Shown here piece by piece: positions 38,401 through 50,430 of a stretch of DNA of 64,000 nucleotides. The stretch lies in NCBI GenBank assembly GCA_036172245.1, contig JAYWIR010000025.1, forward strand, positions 496,001 to 560,000, given 5' to 3'. Source of the stretch: Raillietiella orientalis. Lineage: Eukaryota. The first letter of the stretch is position 1. Each line of letters starts with the position of its first letter. A program made the translations under genes and the position numbers. Under the pieces are notes generated by a model that saw nothing but the letters and a program-made list of their open reading frames with translations, did not search any database and was not told where the DNA came from.

Positions 38401-38611
38401 CCCTGGTGAGCTGGCGGGCGGGAACCTGAGCGGATCCGTCGGGTCGCGCGCGGCGCTCACTTGCGAGCGGTTCCCGCAGGACTTTCCCGTCATCCGTGAC
38501 GGGAGGGAACGGGAGGGGACCGCGCTGAGGAGAAAGGACCCGCGCGGGGGAGGGGCGCGGCGGCGGCACGCGTGCGGACGAGTCGACAGAGGAGGAGGAA
38601 ACAGAGGTTAC

Positions 38612-38951
38612 CTGCCGTGGCCGGGCCGGCCCTTTTCGCCTCCTGCGTCCACCACCCGGCGGCACCAGGATCCCGGGAGCAGCAGGCCAAGTCGGCGGTG
38701 TCCGTAGCGACGCTCACTTGCTGGCGGCCGCCGCCCTCCATCGGCGACGAGGTGTTGCCGCGAGTCGTCGTCCCGGGATACGTCAGGATCACGTCATCCG
38801 TATCCGTGGAAGCGTCCAGGAGAGCCCGGTGGCTCCCCTTCGGGGGAACGTGGTTCATTTCGGGGAGGAGGTCGCGGCATGCGGGGGACGCGTGCTGGAG
38901 CAGCATCCCTCCCGATTCGCAATTCCGGACGCTCTGCTCATGGCGCAGCAT
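38612..38951 (-). CDS. GCH1: Candidate distal alternative first coding exon of GCH1
   Basis: ATG at 38951 opens 113 codons (MLRHEQSVRNCESGG...KRAGPATA) ending at CAG|GTAACC, phase 1, compatible with the 29037 acceptor. Inference only. Confidence 0.3.
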
Positions 38952-39939
38952 CTCTCCTCTCTCGCCAGAACCTCGAATGGAGTCGGAAGCGAAGGGGAAT
39001 TCTGGTCAAGAGTTGGTGACGTTTTCCTTGCCTCGGGAAACGTGGCTCGCGATCGATTAGCAAAGGTCGGGGCAGCGGTGTGCCTTCGAGGAGACGTGAC
39101 GGAGGTCGTCGCGGCTCTCCATCACGAGTCGAGTTGACTTCCTTTTCAGAGTTGGCCTCTCTGCCGGCTAGAGGCGCTCCTATAGCACCGCTGTCTCCGC
39201 AGGGCCCGGGAGACAGCGCTACAACGCCACAAGGGTGGGCGGCGCTCCTGCAGGGGCCGCCCACCTCCCACCAGCACGAGTCCCCGGTAGGCGAAGAAAA
39301 AGTGGACTTGGCGAAGTCCGCGTTCCGGACTTGAGCGCCGAGCGGGCGGACCCGGCCGGGGACCCCGGAACGAAACGCAGGAAGGGAGGAGGGCGGGAGC
39401 CGACTACCTCTAGGACAAGCGGCAGGTGGCGCGCTCATCTGGTTCGGCACGTCAGCTTCCCCCCTCGTCCCCCCTCCTCCTTGGAGGGATGGCGGGTCCC
39501 GAGGTGGTACGTGTCCTGCCTGACACGGCGTAAAGGGGGGACCCCCCAGAGGTGGCGCGTCGAGGCAGCGCCGGCATCCCGCGTCAGAGTGACCGCCACT
39601 GCGAGGGGTCGTCGGGCAGCGTCGCGTGCAAGCGCCGCCACGTTGGCTCCCCGAGTCGCCGACGCGCTTCTCTCCTGACCGTGCCTTCCTCGAGCGCTCC
39701 GAAAGAGGCTCCATTCGAGCCATCCCGCCGGGGCACACGGGCCCTTCACCTCCGCTCTCGGGCGCTTCCGGCACGCCTCGATCGTTCGCTCCCGCCGCGA
39801 TACGCTCGGGAGCGAAGTGCGTCTCGGGTTGCCCCCACAGTTCGAAGAGTCAAAAACGGGGTCCCCGTGGCTTTTGGACTCTCCTCCCCCTGCGGTTCCT
39901 TCGGAACGAAATCCCGAAAGATCATGGAAGACAAACGCA

Positions 39940-40255
39940 CATGTGCACTACATACAATAAGACACAAATTTATTTTGATATGAGCAGCTATCCTACTTAT
40001 CAAGGTACATTTTATGAGCAACACCATTATTGGAACTGATGCATTCAGTAAGATTCAGTGACGTACATTTTATTAATAAAATTAATAAGCTGCTGATATA
40101 TTAAAGATTCTAAAAAAATAAATATGTGCGCTTATTATATTTATCTGCATATATGCAATGAATACGTCATATCATGACGAAAGCAGCGGGGAAAAAATGA
40201 AAATGCAAACAAATTAAACAAACAAAAGAGGGAAAGTGGACATGGCTGGACGTGG
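39940..40255 (-). mobile_element. AT-rich 3' non-coding part of MULE copy 1, displaced by nested LINE insertions
   Basis: Reverse complement aligns with ~47420-47495 and ~48070-48340, e.g. cacatatttattt, aataaaatgtacgtcactgaatctta vs aataaaatgtatgccgctgaatctta, and aaaataaatttgtg. Confidence 0.7.
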
Positions 40256-40299
40256 CGACCTGGTGGCGTGCGGTGGCAGGAAACCAGCTGGCCGACGTT

Positions 40300-41610
40300 C
40301 AACAAAGTAGTGGTAGCATGAAGAGGGATCGGGAATTCCGGATGGTCCTGAAGACAAAGAGAAGGCAACTCTGTTACTGGGACTGAGGCAGCAGGCAGCC
40401 AGCTTGACGAACTTAAGACCACACTGCATTTCATCCATTCCTGGCAATAGGAAGGTTTGTGGTGTTAGGGAAATGTCAGATCGAAAGACCAGTCTCAATA
40501 GCAGGGTACTCAAGAAAGGAACGAAGGGTAGTCTCATCTCTTGTAGAGCAAAATTTTCAAGAATTACCAGATCCTGCTTCAAACGTTAATTTCCGATATT
40601 GTTTCGGCATTGCTGGCGACTACCGCCTAGGTCCTTGGACTTTAGGCTCTGCTGTCCATTTGACCTGAAGACCCCGTCTGGTGTCCGGTGCTAATGCATT
40701 GAAAGAGTAGAATGTGTTCACATTTCTCGCTCCCTTAGCATCTTAGTTGGCCTGCGGTGCTGAACTCACTTTCTTCCCAACGAGAACCTCAACGTCAGCA
40801 CGCTCAAGAGCAAAGTACAAAGAGGCCACCCCTTCGCCACAGCGGTGTCCTCCGCTGTCGAGGTACATGGCACTTGCCTACCGGCGAAGTGGGAGGTTTC
40901 TTGCGAGATCTCGGCCCGCAGGAAGCCTATCGGTGGCTGGACTACGCGTCAGCTGGCTGACGCAGCAACAACAAGAACAGGCTCTAAAGGACTGGAACGT
41001 TGGGGCGAACTCTTCTCCATTCAGCCTGAAGAGTTGGAAGTGCCCCCCGTGTTTCTAGATAGGAAGCTGCTTCTCCTCAAGTGGCAGCAATTGGCGCTGC
41101 TGATACTGCACTGCGGTCTTCCGTGCAATGCGCACCGGCACTACTGTAAGAGAGGAAGCGCATCGCCGAACTGTGCCAGGTGCGCAGAGGAGACCATCCC
41201 CCACCTCATAATGCAGTGTGCCACCCTCGGGGGCTTGTGGGAACGTTTCTCTGCGTCCCTTCCTCACCCCGTGGTCGAACCCAGAAATTCTTTGAGGCCT
41301 CTCTTCGTGCGGGACGCCATGACGCCCGCGGCCGCAATCGCAGCGCTGTGCTGCGTCCGCGGTGTCGCCGCGTCGAAGTGCGACGCCGAGGGAGGCCGAA
41401 GCGAAGGGGGGGCTGTCCTGCACGCCATCCGCTTCCTGCAGATAGCATTGAGATGGCCCCACCTGCAAAGGGAGAAGGAGGAGCTCGCCGGCATCCTTCA
41501 ACGGACACAGAAGCCTCACCCATCATGAAACGTGATCCCTTTCCTTCCCCCCAACTAACTTTTGTTTTGTTTTGTTTTTGTTGCTTGTTATAGTTTGTTT
41601 CCATTTTCTA
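40300..41610 (+). mobile_element. 5'-truncated L1/Tx1-clade LINE (C-terminal ORF2 with zf-RVT finger)
   Basis: C-terminal CCHC finger CARCAEETIPHLIMQC followed by LW at ~41172-41240, preceded by LILHCGLP. Upstream VSIAG...RVVSSLV (cf. LSIAGKxxVxxSL). The ORF ends at 41528, followed by a T-rich tract. Confidence 0.7.
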
Positions 41611-42099
41611 TTTTTGTTCCATTTTCCTTCCCCTTCGTGTACTTGATGGACCTCGCCGGCTCTCCCTCTTTTTTCCTAGTGTAATAATCGGAATCGGTGA
41701 GCGTTTTGGCTCCATCAACTCCTGCAAGAGGATAAACGCCCTGGCGCACCCGGGTGTGAAAGCACAAAGAGGCGCGCGTGATTCATCACTTGGAAAATGC
41801 TCTACCACCTTATAAGGGATGCGCTGGAACCACACGTTGGCCAAGAAACCCTCAGAGCGCGTGCGTCCGGAAGGTGCTGCGTCCCCACTGATTTCTGCTG
41901 CTCAACCTGCCACTCTTGATGTACACACCGGAAATTTCCTTGTATCTATTTCGCGGATCGCGGGATGGCCTTTGCTACCGGGAGACTTCCTCGGTCACCA
42001 AATCTGGCATGCTTGAGACGAGCGGCTTACAACTTATCATTGGAAGAGGCTCCCGTAGTGGCATGGACAAAGGAAAGAGAGGAAGCTTAGACGCGTTGC

Positions 42100-45000
42100 A
42101 AGATTCTTTTGGGAGGGATGTGCAAGAGGTGGAAGATCCAGACGACAAAGAATAGGTTCCAGATTCGCCTCTGCAAGAATCTTTTTGGGATGGCTTCTTT
42201 GGAAACCTTCAAGAAACTGTTGGGGTTCCCACTGAATGGGAGCAAAAGAAGTCTTCAGTTTTCGATCAAGATAAGAATGTTCTGGAAGTGCATCCTGCTT
42301 TACCTTTGTCCTCTCCGGAAGAACTCTCTCCTCCTTCGGATGCTTCTTTGGAGCAGTGTACTTCCTCTCCCGGCTGCGGAAGAGAACGTATCTGATCCAA
42401 GTTCTCTAACGGAAGCGAAGAGATGACTCGGATGCGAGATGAAATCTTCAGATTGACAGACGGAGGATCTGATGAAGAAGGTGAGTTGATGCCTTGTTTG
42501 GTCTCTGACGAGAAAGTGGACGAAGATGGGAAAGAATTGCCAACTCCACATGAAGTGCAGTCAGCAGGTCTGAAGGGGTGTAGGAAAAGAGAAAAGGTTC
42601 AACAGGAGACGGAAATTTCACGCGGCAATTTTCGGAAGGAAAGAATCGCTCCCAGCTGTTGCTAGACGGCGATGAGAAACCGTGGTTAAGTTTCGAAACC
42701 GCGCACGACTCCTTTTTCGAGAAAAGTTCCACACTTCCCTCCAAACAGGAAGCTTTAGGAACTACTCGCAAGGAAGCTGACTGTGGACCCTCACGACAAA
42801 TCTGCAATTCAAAAATTATCCAGCATGAATCGAAGGAGGGGCAACGCGATCGATTTGAGGCCAGCAAGAGCGCAGATGCTCGATTGATCGAAAGACAATT
42901 CAGATTTTCCATCATATACTGGAGCTCACGAAAGAAACTGACGATGACTTCCCCCTAAAGATACTTCTACGAAGAGAAAACCGGATTTGCCACCTGGAAG
43001 TATGTCCCTCTACGCAAGAGGTTTCCGCTCTCATTAGAAGACATTCGCAGGTGGAGACCAATTTCCACTGGCAATATGCTTTGCGCGCAACGCCTATCGG
43101 CAAGATTGAGAGGATAGGGGTCCTGGAAAACGAGGTGGTCTGTCCACAGCACAAGGGATTTCTAACCTCCGATGGACTTGTTGACCAGAGCTTTGTTTAT
43201 GAACGCGCGACTGGATGCCTCACGTTCACAATCCAGGAGCATTGGAATGGTCTCCGTCGACTTTACGGATGCTTTTGGCACGACCTCGTGCCCCATGATG
43301 CTAAGAGCATAAGCAGAAGATGGAGTGGGACTCGCTGTCCTTCCGGTCGTTGAAGACCTGTGCAGTGCATGCATACAACCGGAATCTGCTGTGACGAGAC
43401 CTCTTTACCTGCGCAGAGGGGTGAAACGGGGTGTCCCCTGCGTTCCTTCTGTCGACCTCAGAGCTGGGACCGATTCTGAGAATGTGTGAAGAGGGAGAGT
43501 TACCGAGAGGATGTCCCTTTGGCATATGCCTATGACTCAGCCATCCTTGCGGAATCCGAAGAGGATCTAAGAAATAGATGACTCCATTTTGAGGATCAGG
43601 CAGATAAAGCTAGTTTAGCGATTAATCCTTCCAAATGCTCCTAACTTTTCCATTGTGGCAGGACCCATGCTGACAGCCAAGGCCTCGAGGTTCGAGACCT
43701 TGGCTGTCAGCCTTGGTTCTGTTCGCAACAAATTTGTCAGAAGCCAACAACAATCTAAGAAGGCCGTTTGGAATTGAGATGTTTAAGACTTCTCCTTACA
43801 GGAAGAAAATTCTTGCCAAAGATCTGCATCTTAATCGTGGTCTGTCATCTTGGCAAAAAAAACTGATGCTATGAAAGTCTCCTTTTTTTTTTTTTTCTCG
43901 CAGTCTCGTACACTGCGAGAGACTGGGAACGCATAAGAAAGAGGACCAGAAGTATCTCGATAAGGAAATAATACGGATGATCCATCTTGCTGTTTCTAGC
44001 GCCTGTTTTGATTCGTCCGCAGCCGCACCGTGCCTGGACGGTGCACAGACGGGAGTGCCTCATGCAGAGACTTGTCATGTGAGGCAGCATCTCGTCCCCA
44101 CAGGCTACAACGACGATACGAGCGATCGTCTTCCCTCCTTCTGGCGGGAAGCTTTGCAGCGTAGACGAATTTTTAGTGCGCAAATCTCAGTTGGTCCCCA
44201 TTTGTAAGGAAGTCGCTCGAAGAGCCGTGCAGTCCGGCGCAACGCATGGCTTTGCCTTGATGAAGATGCTTTTTCACCACGGATTGCCATGCTTCCGCGC
44301 GTTGTGCAGCTCTTAACGAATGAGGAAAACTTTCCTCTCATGCTGATATCAAGCCATTTTTTCACTGCTTTGAACTGCTGGCTGTTCTTGAAACTTCCAA
44401 ACTGCTCCTGATCTTCACGAAGCTTCTCTTCTATTGCTCCACAAGTTTTGTTCATCTCCACTTACTCTGGAAAACTTCTCGGATGTGCCGTCCGACGTAA
44501 ATTTGCCAAGATCGTCCTCCGTGGGTGTCAAAAAAATTTTCTTCAACACCACCTCACGGAGAGTTTCTTGGGCTCATGTTTTGGCGCGTCACCCGGCGAG
44601 GGCGATAACCTGAAGCAGCTGTCCATGAGGAAGGTATCAGCCTCATCTGACAGTTTCACGAGAGCAAGGCAGCCCTTTCCTCCCTCTCCACAGAGGTATT
44701 TATTGGCTTCTCAGGACAAAAGGCGCAGCAGTGTCTTGGAACCTGAAGTCCGCGAATCAGCGCGCCAACTTTGAATCCAGATTACCTGGTATTACAAAAG
44801 GGCAACAGGATGAAGGTGCTGGAACACAGCTTGCACCTTTAATAATGGGAAAAAGAAAAAAAGCCTGTAGCATCCAAATACCAAGGTGCTGCCATCCAGC
44901 AATCCAAGAGAAGGGTCGATGCAAAGGTATTTTCCATTATCACTGGACCCCAGAAATGAAGCAGCCCTCCGTGAACGGGGTGCCCTGCAGATGTATGCGG

Positions 45001-45220
45001 GTAAAATGAGGCAGCTCATGATTTCCTCGTGCATCTGCTACACTGGAAACACCTATTGGATGGAGACATCGGTCTGGACAATCATCGGATGGTGCCCCAA
45101 ACCTGCCACTACCTCATGAAGAGGAGCAGCTCTTGGACGGAGGGCAGGAGGTCGCCGAAATACAGCCCACAGGATGTCCCGATGGGTGAAACCTGCTGTG
45201 GCATCCCTTGTAGCACAACT
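42100..45220 (+). mobile_element. Decayed RLE-type non-LTR retrotransposon, Utopia/NeSL-like
   Basis: RT motifs in order: WRPIS (43052), QHKGFLTSDG, VDFTDAFG..VPH (43256), RGVKRG (43415), LAYAYD (43519, cf. YADD), LAINPSKC (~43615-43638). Endonuclease region NPDYLV (~44774) and DPRNEAALRERG..YAGKMRQLMISSCI (~44946-45035), like the Utopia C-terminus. Stops and frameshifts throughout; 5' boundary approximate. Confidence 0.75.
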
Positions 45221-45229
45221 TCAGTGACC

Positions 45230-46745
45230 AGGAAGAAAGGATGGAAGATGAGGGAGAGTTCCTCCTTGTTTATTTGTATTACTGTTGCTGTTAACATTGG
45301 AAATAAAACAGGGATAGATAATGGGCAGTAGTACGGTGATAGTCCAAGTCAAATGCTGACCAACTTTCACGACCATTTACTACATTTTGGAGTCTTCCTT
45401 CGCCATGAATAGCTTCTTTTTTTTTTTAGGGCAGGGCTCTCCTCGGAGAATGCGCTCGCATCCATTTCCTATGTGACGCTGTTCTTTTTGAAATCATTCT
45501 ATGATTCCGTAGAGCAATGAGCATTCCCTATTAATTTGTCCCATCTCCCGTGCCATGCTTCCACATTATGTTGGGTACGCGGAAGTCCATTCCCCACGCA
45601 CTGCTATACGGACCACAGATTTGGGGCGAACACTTGTGATCGAACAGCAGCACCTTTGCGTGTCTTTTTGCCCTCCCGTGCACGTGATTATTCCCGGACC
45701 GGTCCGAAACTTCGCTGGCTTCTTCAAGCAAATGCGGCTTTGGCTCACCAACAGCTCCCGGAACTTCATGAGCTGGCAGAAAGGACGCATTTTCAAGCGA
45801 AAGGTTTCGCTTTCTTTGCATGGCGCGGCCAACTCGCTCCATTTTCCACCACATGCATTGGGCTGAATGGAAAAAAAACAAACAAACTTTGTTGGCTGGC
45901 GCCTTGAAATTCGCTTTCCGATGCCTTGATGGCACCAAACGCCCAGATCCTCCATTGTGGCTCCGGGATGCCGTTGAAATCCATTTGCTTCTGCAAGGTC
46001 CGCCAAATCTTCGAGCAAGATGCTTCGCTTCTCCCAGTCATTAAAGCATGAACAAGGGGAACGTTTTGACATTTCTGGGTCCAACAGGAGCACAAATAGT
46101 ACAGAGTTGAGAGGACAGCAGCCGTGGGAACAGTTTTGCAAGCGCCATCCATCACCCATTTGCTGAAGCATGTGCCAAACCTTTCTGCGTTCGATTTTAT
46201 CGAGAATATTAAAAGTCTATCCATTTTCTTCGACAGTCAAATCCCTGACCAATCCTGACCAACCTGCTTCGTAACACTGCAAAAATTTCTTTTTCACCAA
46301 GCGTCTTTGGTTCGGAAAGCCCTTGAGCTTTTTGAACTCTTCTGATTCTTCCGACGTTCCTTGGACGCAAGCAGGGCGCTATGTACGTAGGCGCAGAATT
46401 CGTACACTCCCGAATCACTTGGCAGGGAGGATTCCTGGTGCTTTTTTTTTTTCTCGCCTGCGTTTCCAGTTCTCTGATCTTCGAAGCCACTGCTGCGCTT
46501 GCATTTGCAGAGTGGCTGTTTTCTACGAATCCCAAAATTGCATGCTGTCCATTTGACAGGATGGTTCTTGCTCGGCCGTGGCAATGAAAAGATTTCCTGT
46601 TTTTCGCAGCACTCGTAACACTTCGCAACAAGAAGAGCGTCACTTGCACTTTCCTCTTTCGCCATTAAGCAGCCCCGTACATCTAATTTATTGCAGCCCT
46701 TTTGTGAGGGGACAATTCTGGCAATTACCTTCTTCCACTGCGTTG
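45230..46745 (-). mobile_element. MULE (Mutator-like) transposase pseudogene with FLYWCH-like N-terminus, copy 1
   Basis: Minus strand across frameshifts: IVPSQKGCNKLDVRG...CCEK/CHGRART (FLYWCH-like), WVMDGACKTVP (first DDE Asp), PLVHALMTGRSE, CLFFFHSAQCMWWK, FLPAHEVPGA, FQKEQ...ILRGEP, LDYHRTTAHYLSL. Confidence 0.85.
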
Positions 46746-47264
46746 TGAGCACTCTCTGGGAGGGACGCACAGGAAGAGCTGGTCGGCCGCGGTACTCCGC
46801 TTCCTTCCACGATTGCTGATTTGTGTGTGCCTTCTTCAGACCCTCCTACCGACCACGCCCTGTGGACATGGAACACCAGGGTTTTTGCTCATTACGTGCC
46901 CATAGAGACATTCCTGAATTTCCCATACACATCTGGCTCCGAACCAGTTCTCATTTTGAGATGAAGATGGCTTGAAGACGGAACTTCCGAGCGAGAAAGA
47001 GTGCACAGGCACAACCAGAAGGGAATTCAACTTTCGGTACGTATGTGCGCCCCTGAATGAATGGCCCTTTGAATATATATATATTTTAATATTTCCTATA
47101 TATATATATATAGGAAAATCCTCAATGCAATAGAAAGCAAAGAATGATCTCCATAAACAACCAGAGCATCCACCAATTACCAATTCCACTTTCTATCCCA
47201 CTTAGACAGCCTTTTTTTCCCGTGAGAAACGCGGTTTTCGGGATTATGGCATTTCCTATTCGTC

Positions 47265-48380
47265 GCCAGGCCAGACTCCAAAATAGAGTTAACGATCGTG
47301 AAAGTCGGCCAACTCCTATGGACTACCACCGTGCCATTGCCCATCATCCATCCCTTTTTTATTATCAGTTAACAGACACAAACAAAGAGGAAAGCTTCTC
47401 CTCCCACCTTCCACTCTTCCTTCACGTTTCCATGTGTCACATTTCGCCTTTGTTTTTTTTTTTTGTTTTTTTTTCCCACCGTTTTCCACTGTCACAAGGA
47501 TTTCTTATTTTTTCGAAATTCCATAGTCATTAAATATGCATTTTTTATGCACATAAAGATGTCTATAAGAAGATACATGTATACGTATACACATATACTT
47601 ATCTATAGAAATATATATTTCTCTCCATTTGTATGTATGTATTCACATTTCTACATATGCATTTATACACAATTCATATCTGTGTGTACATATTTGTATG
47701 TATATTTATGTACATGCGCACATATTTATGTTTGCATATTTAGAATCCCAGATAAATATATTTATGTACATATTCACATATATATATTTATTATCTGCAA
47801 ACATTGATGTACATATTAAGCACACTTTTTTTTTCTTCTTCTTTAATATACATGTATATCAACAACAGTATAATCAACAACTCATTAATTAGAATAACGA
47901 AATGTATGCGATAATCTATAACCGTTAATAAAATGTACTTCAATAAATATGAATAACTATGTGTGGTGAAATATATTTGTACATTAATCTAGGTAGAATG
48001 AACATGTATATTTATCTTTTCTAATCTTCAGCATACATCTTAATTTATATATTAATCTATAAATAAATAGATTAATATATAATAGGCACACATATTTATT
48101 TATTGTAATCTTTGTAATGTACGTCAATTCATATATTAATCTTTGCATTTATTTTTTTGTTCTTTAACATACGTATACCAACAGCTTAATTTCATGAATA
48201 AAATGTATGCCGCTGAATCTTAATAAATACATCTATTTCAATAATATTACTCTCCACAAGATGTACGTTAATAAATGGGAATAGCTATGCATATTAAAAT
48301 AAATTTGTGCATAAATGTATGTAGAATAAGCATATGTTTTAACTTTTTATAATCTTTTCAGTCGGTATCTTTCAGCATAA
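47265..48380 (+). mobile_element. MULE copy 2: transposase C-terminal tip plus AT-rich 3' region
   Basis: RLQNRVNDRESRPTPMDYHRAIAHHPSL is an inverted homologue of ~45230-45400. It continues into AT-rich sequence with an internal ~110-bp direct repeat (~47932-48040 vs ~48260-48380). Confidence 0.75.
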
Positions 48381-50430
48381 CAAGAGACCACGATGCTCCA
48401 AACACCTTACGTCGCTGAAAGATCACCACCAGTCCTTCCTCCTTCTGCTTGACACCTTCCGTGTGCTAAGAGGATCCAGTTTGAGAAGCCGGACACCTGA
48501 CCGAGGGTCCCCGTCATAAAGAGGGGAGGCATCTGTAGCCGCCGCAGCGCGCCATCTTGGAGGATTCCCCCTGCCGATGAGCTCCTCCTGACGTCGGGAT
48601 CACCTTTCCGATGCGGGAGGGTTTTTTGCTGCTCGCATCTGCATCCTGAATGCAACTCCGCGGGCTCCCTGTTCCGCGGATGATGCGGGGCAGCGGTTTT
48701 TTATGTTTACACGCGGTCGTAATGGAAAAGCGACGGCATTCTGACGTGCCGAGCCTCGCTCGATTCTCCGGCAGGACCTGGAGACAGGCCCATTTTCGCC
48801 CCTGTGCGTCCCGCCTACCTTTTGCGGTGCACTCGTGGTCTCCACCTTTTTGTCGGGGTGCTAAGAGGTTTCGCAGCGCGCGCCGTTCGGCTAATTTGAA
48901 AATGAAAAAAAGAATCTAAAACTAGAATGATTGGAGTCTAAAACGACAGTCCAGGAGCATCTCCGAATCCTCCAGAAATACCATCTGGATCCCTTTTGGC
49001 CCGGTTAGTCTTTGCAGGTATCGGGCCGGAAAACGAGGAGGCGAGGAGGCCTGTGCGAGCGCGCCTTCAGTTCGTGCCCTCCCCTGCTGGTCCAGAGCGG
49101 AAGCTGGCCCCGAGTTCCCAGACGTGATCTTTGGAAAGCATCAAAGGCGGATCGAGCCCAGGGAAAACGAGCCCGCGCGGAACGCAGGGAGCAACCACGG
49201 AGCAGGATGATCCAGGACGGCGCGCGGCCTGTTGCCAAGCCATCATCTCTCCCTCCACCCTTACTCAACTGGCATGGAGTCCGCACGCTTCGCTGCAGTC
49301 CGTGACGACAACAGTCGCTTGAAAGTGAAAGTGTCCCCCTCCCCCACCTACTCCGCGAAGGGAGGCGGAGGCGTTTCCCTTCTCCGAGGTGCGCGCACTT
49401 GTACACCGCCGAAGCTGCCCACGTGCTCTTCGCCTCGGAGACGTGGCACCACGGGATCGACCGTTCGCTGCTTCTCTTCTCTTTTTTCCCTTTTTTAGGA
49501 AGAAAAAATCCTTCGCGAAAATCCCATACGCCGCTACGAAAAAAATCATCTTGGAGGAACTTCTGAGCTTTCTGACCGCAGGACGCATCCCACAGAAGAG
49601 CTTATCCAACTGGAGCGAAATCCAGAGTCAGCGTACTCGGAGAAAGTACCTTGAAGCGGAGCTGCTGCCACTGTTGTGTGTGTTTGTTTTTTTGTTTCAC
49701 TACGTCATCGGGATCCTTGCCGGCATAGGCGAAATATAAATAGAGAGGAAAACTTTCCCTTCAAGTTTAGAGCGGCTGCACGCTCTTTCCCAGCATGGTA
49801 CCGGATGCAGACAACGATGCAACAACACCCGCAGCTCAGAGATGACCTCGCTTGGAGGAGGCTCCGCACCGGAAAGCACGTCTGCGGGGTCTTTCTGGCG
49901 GAGAAGCCAGGCCGCGCTTCCCCTCCCCCTTCTCCCCCTCGCCCTGCACATCTCGGAGCTCGCAGCCCTCCCTGAGGCAGGGCAGGGGCGGAACCTAAGG
50001 AAACCAGCGTCCCAGCTTCTTCGGCAGCTGCATCCGAGGATCCTGCAGGAGTGGCTCCTCGCCGTGGAGACTGCCGTTGTTGCTGGAGGCTTCCGCGCGC
50101 AACGAGCACTGGCACGTGGGACGCGAGAAGCCGGGAACCCCTCCCCTTCCGACCGGAGCGTAGAGCCCTCCGCTGGAGAGCGGCCCGTCGAGACGCGCGG
50201 TCAGCGGGAGGGAATTTTCGCTCTCCAATGCTCCCAGCCGACGAGCGTTAGGGAGCGGACCCGAAGCCCCTCGGCGCAGGTCCCGAATACCATCCGGCGG
50301 CGGTGCCCGCATCCGGGTAGAGGCAGGCTCTGCACACTCTCCCTGAGGGCATCCGGGAGATGAAAACGGCTGCCCTTTATTGGCAGGTTTCCAAAGTGCC
50401 GCCGGATCCTGCCGTCGTCGTCTGGGGCCT

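Noticed and set aside
47520..47900. ORFs 47463-47807 and 47629-47892 rich in Y/I/H/C
   Set aside because: Translations of degenerate (TA/CA/TG)n AT-rich sequence within MULE copy 2.
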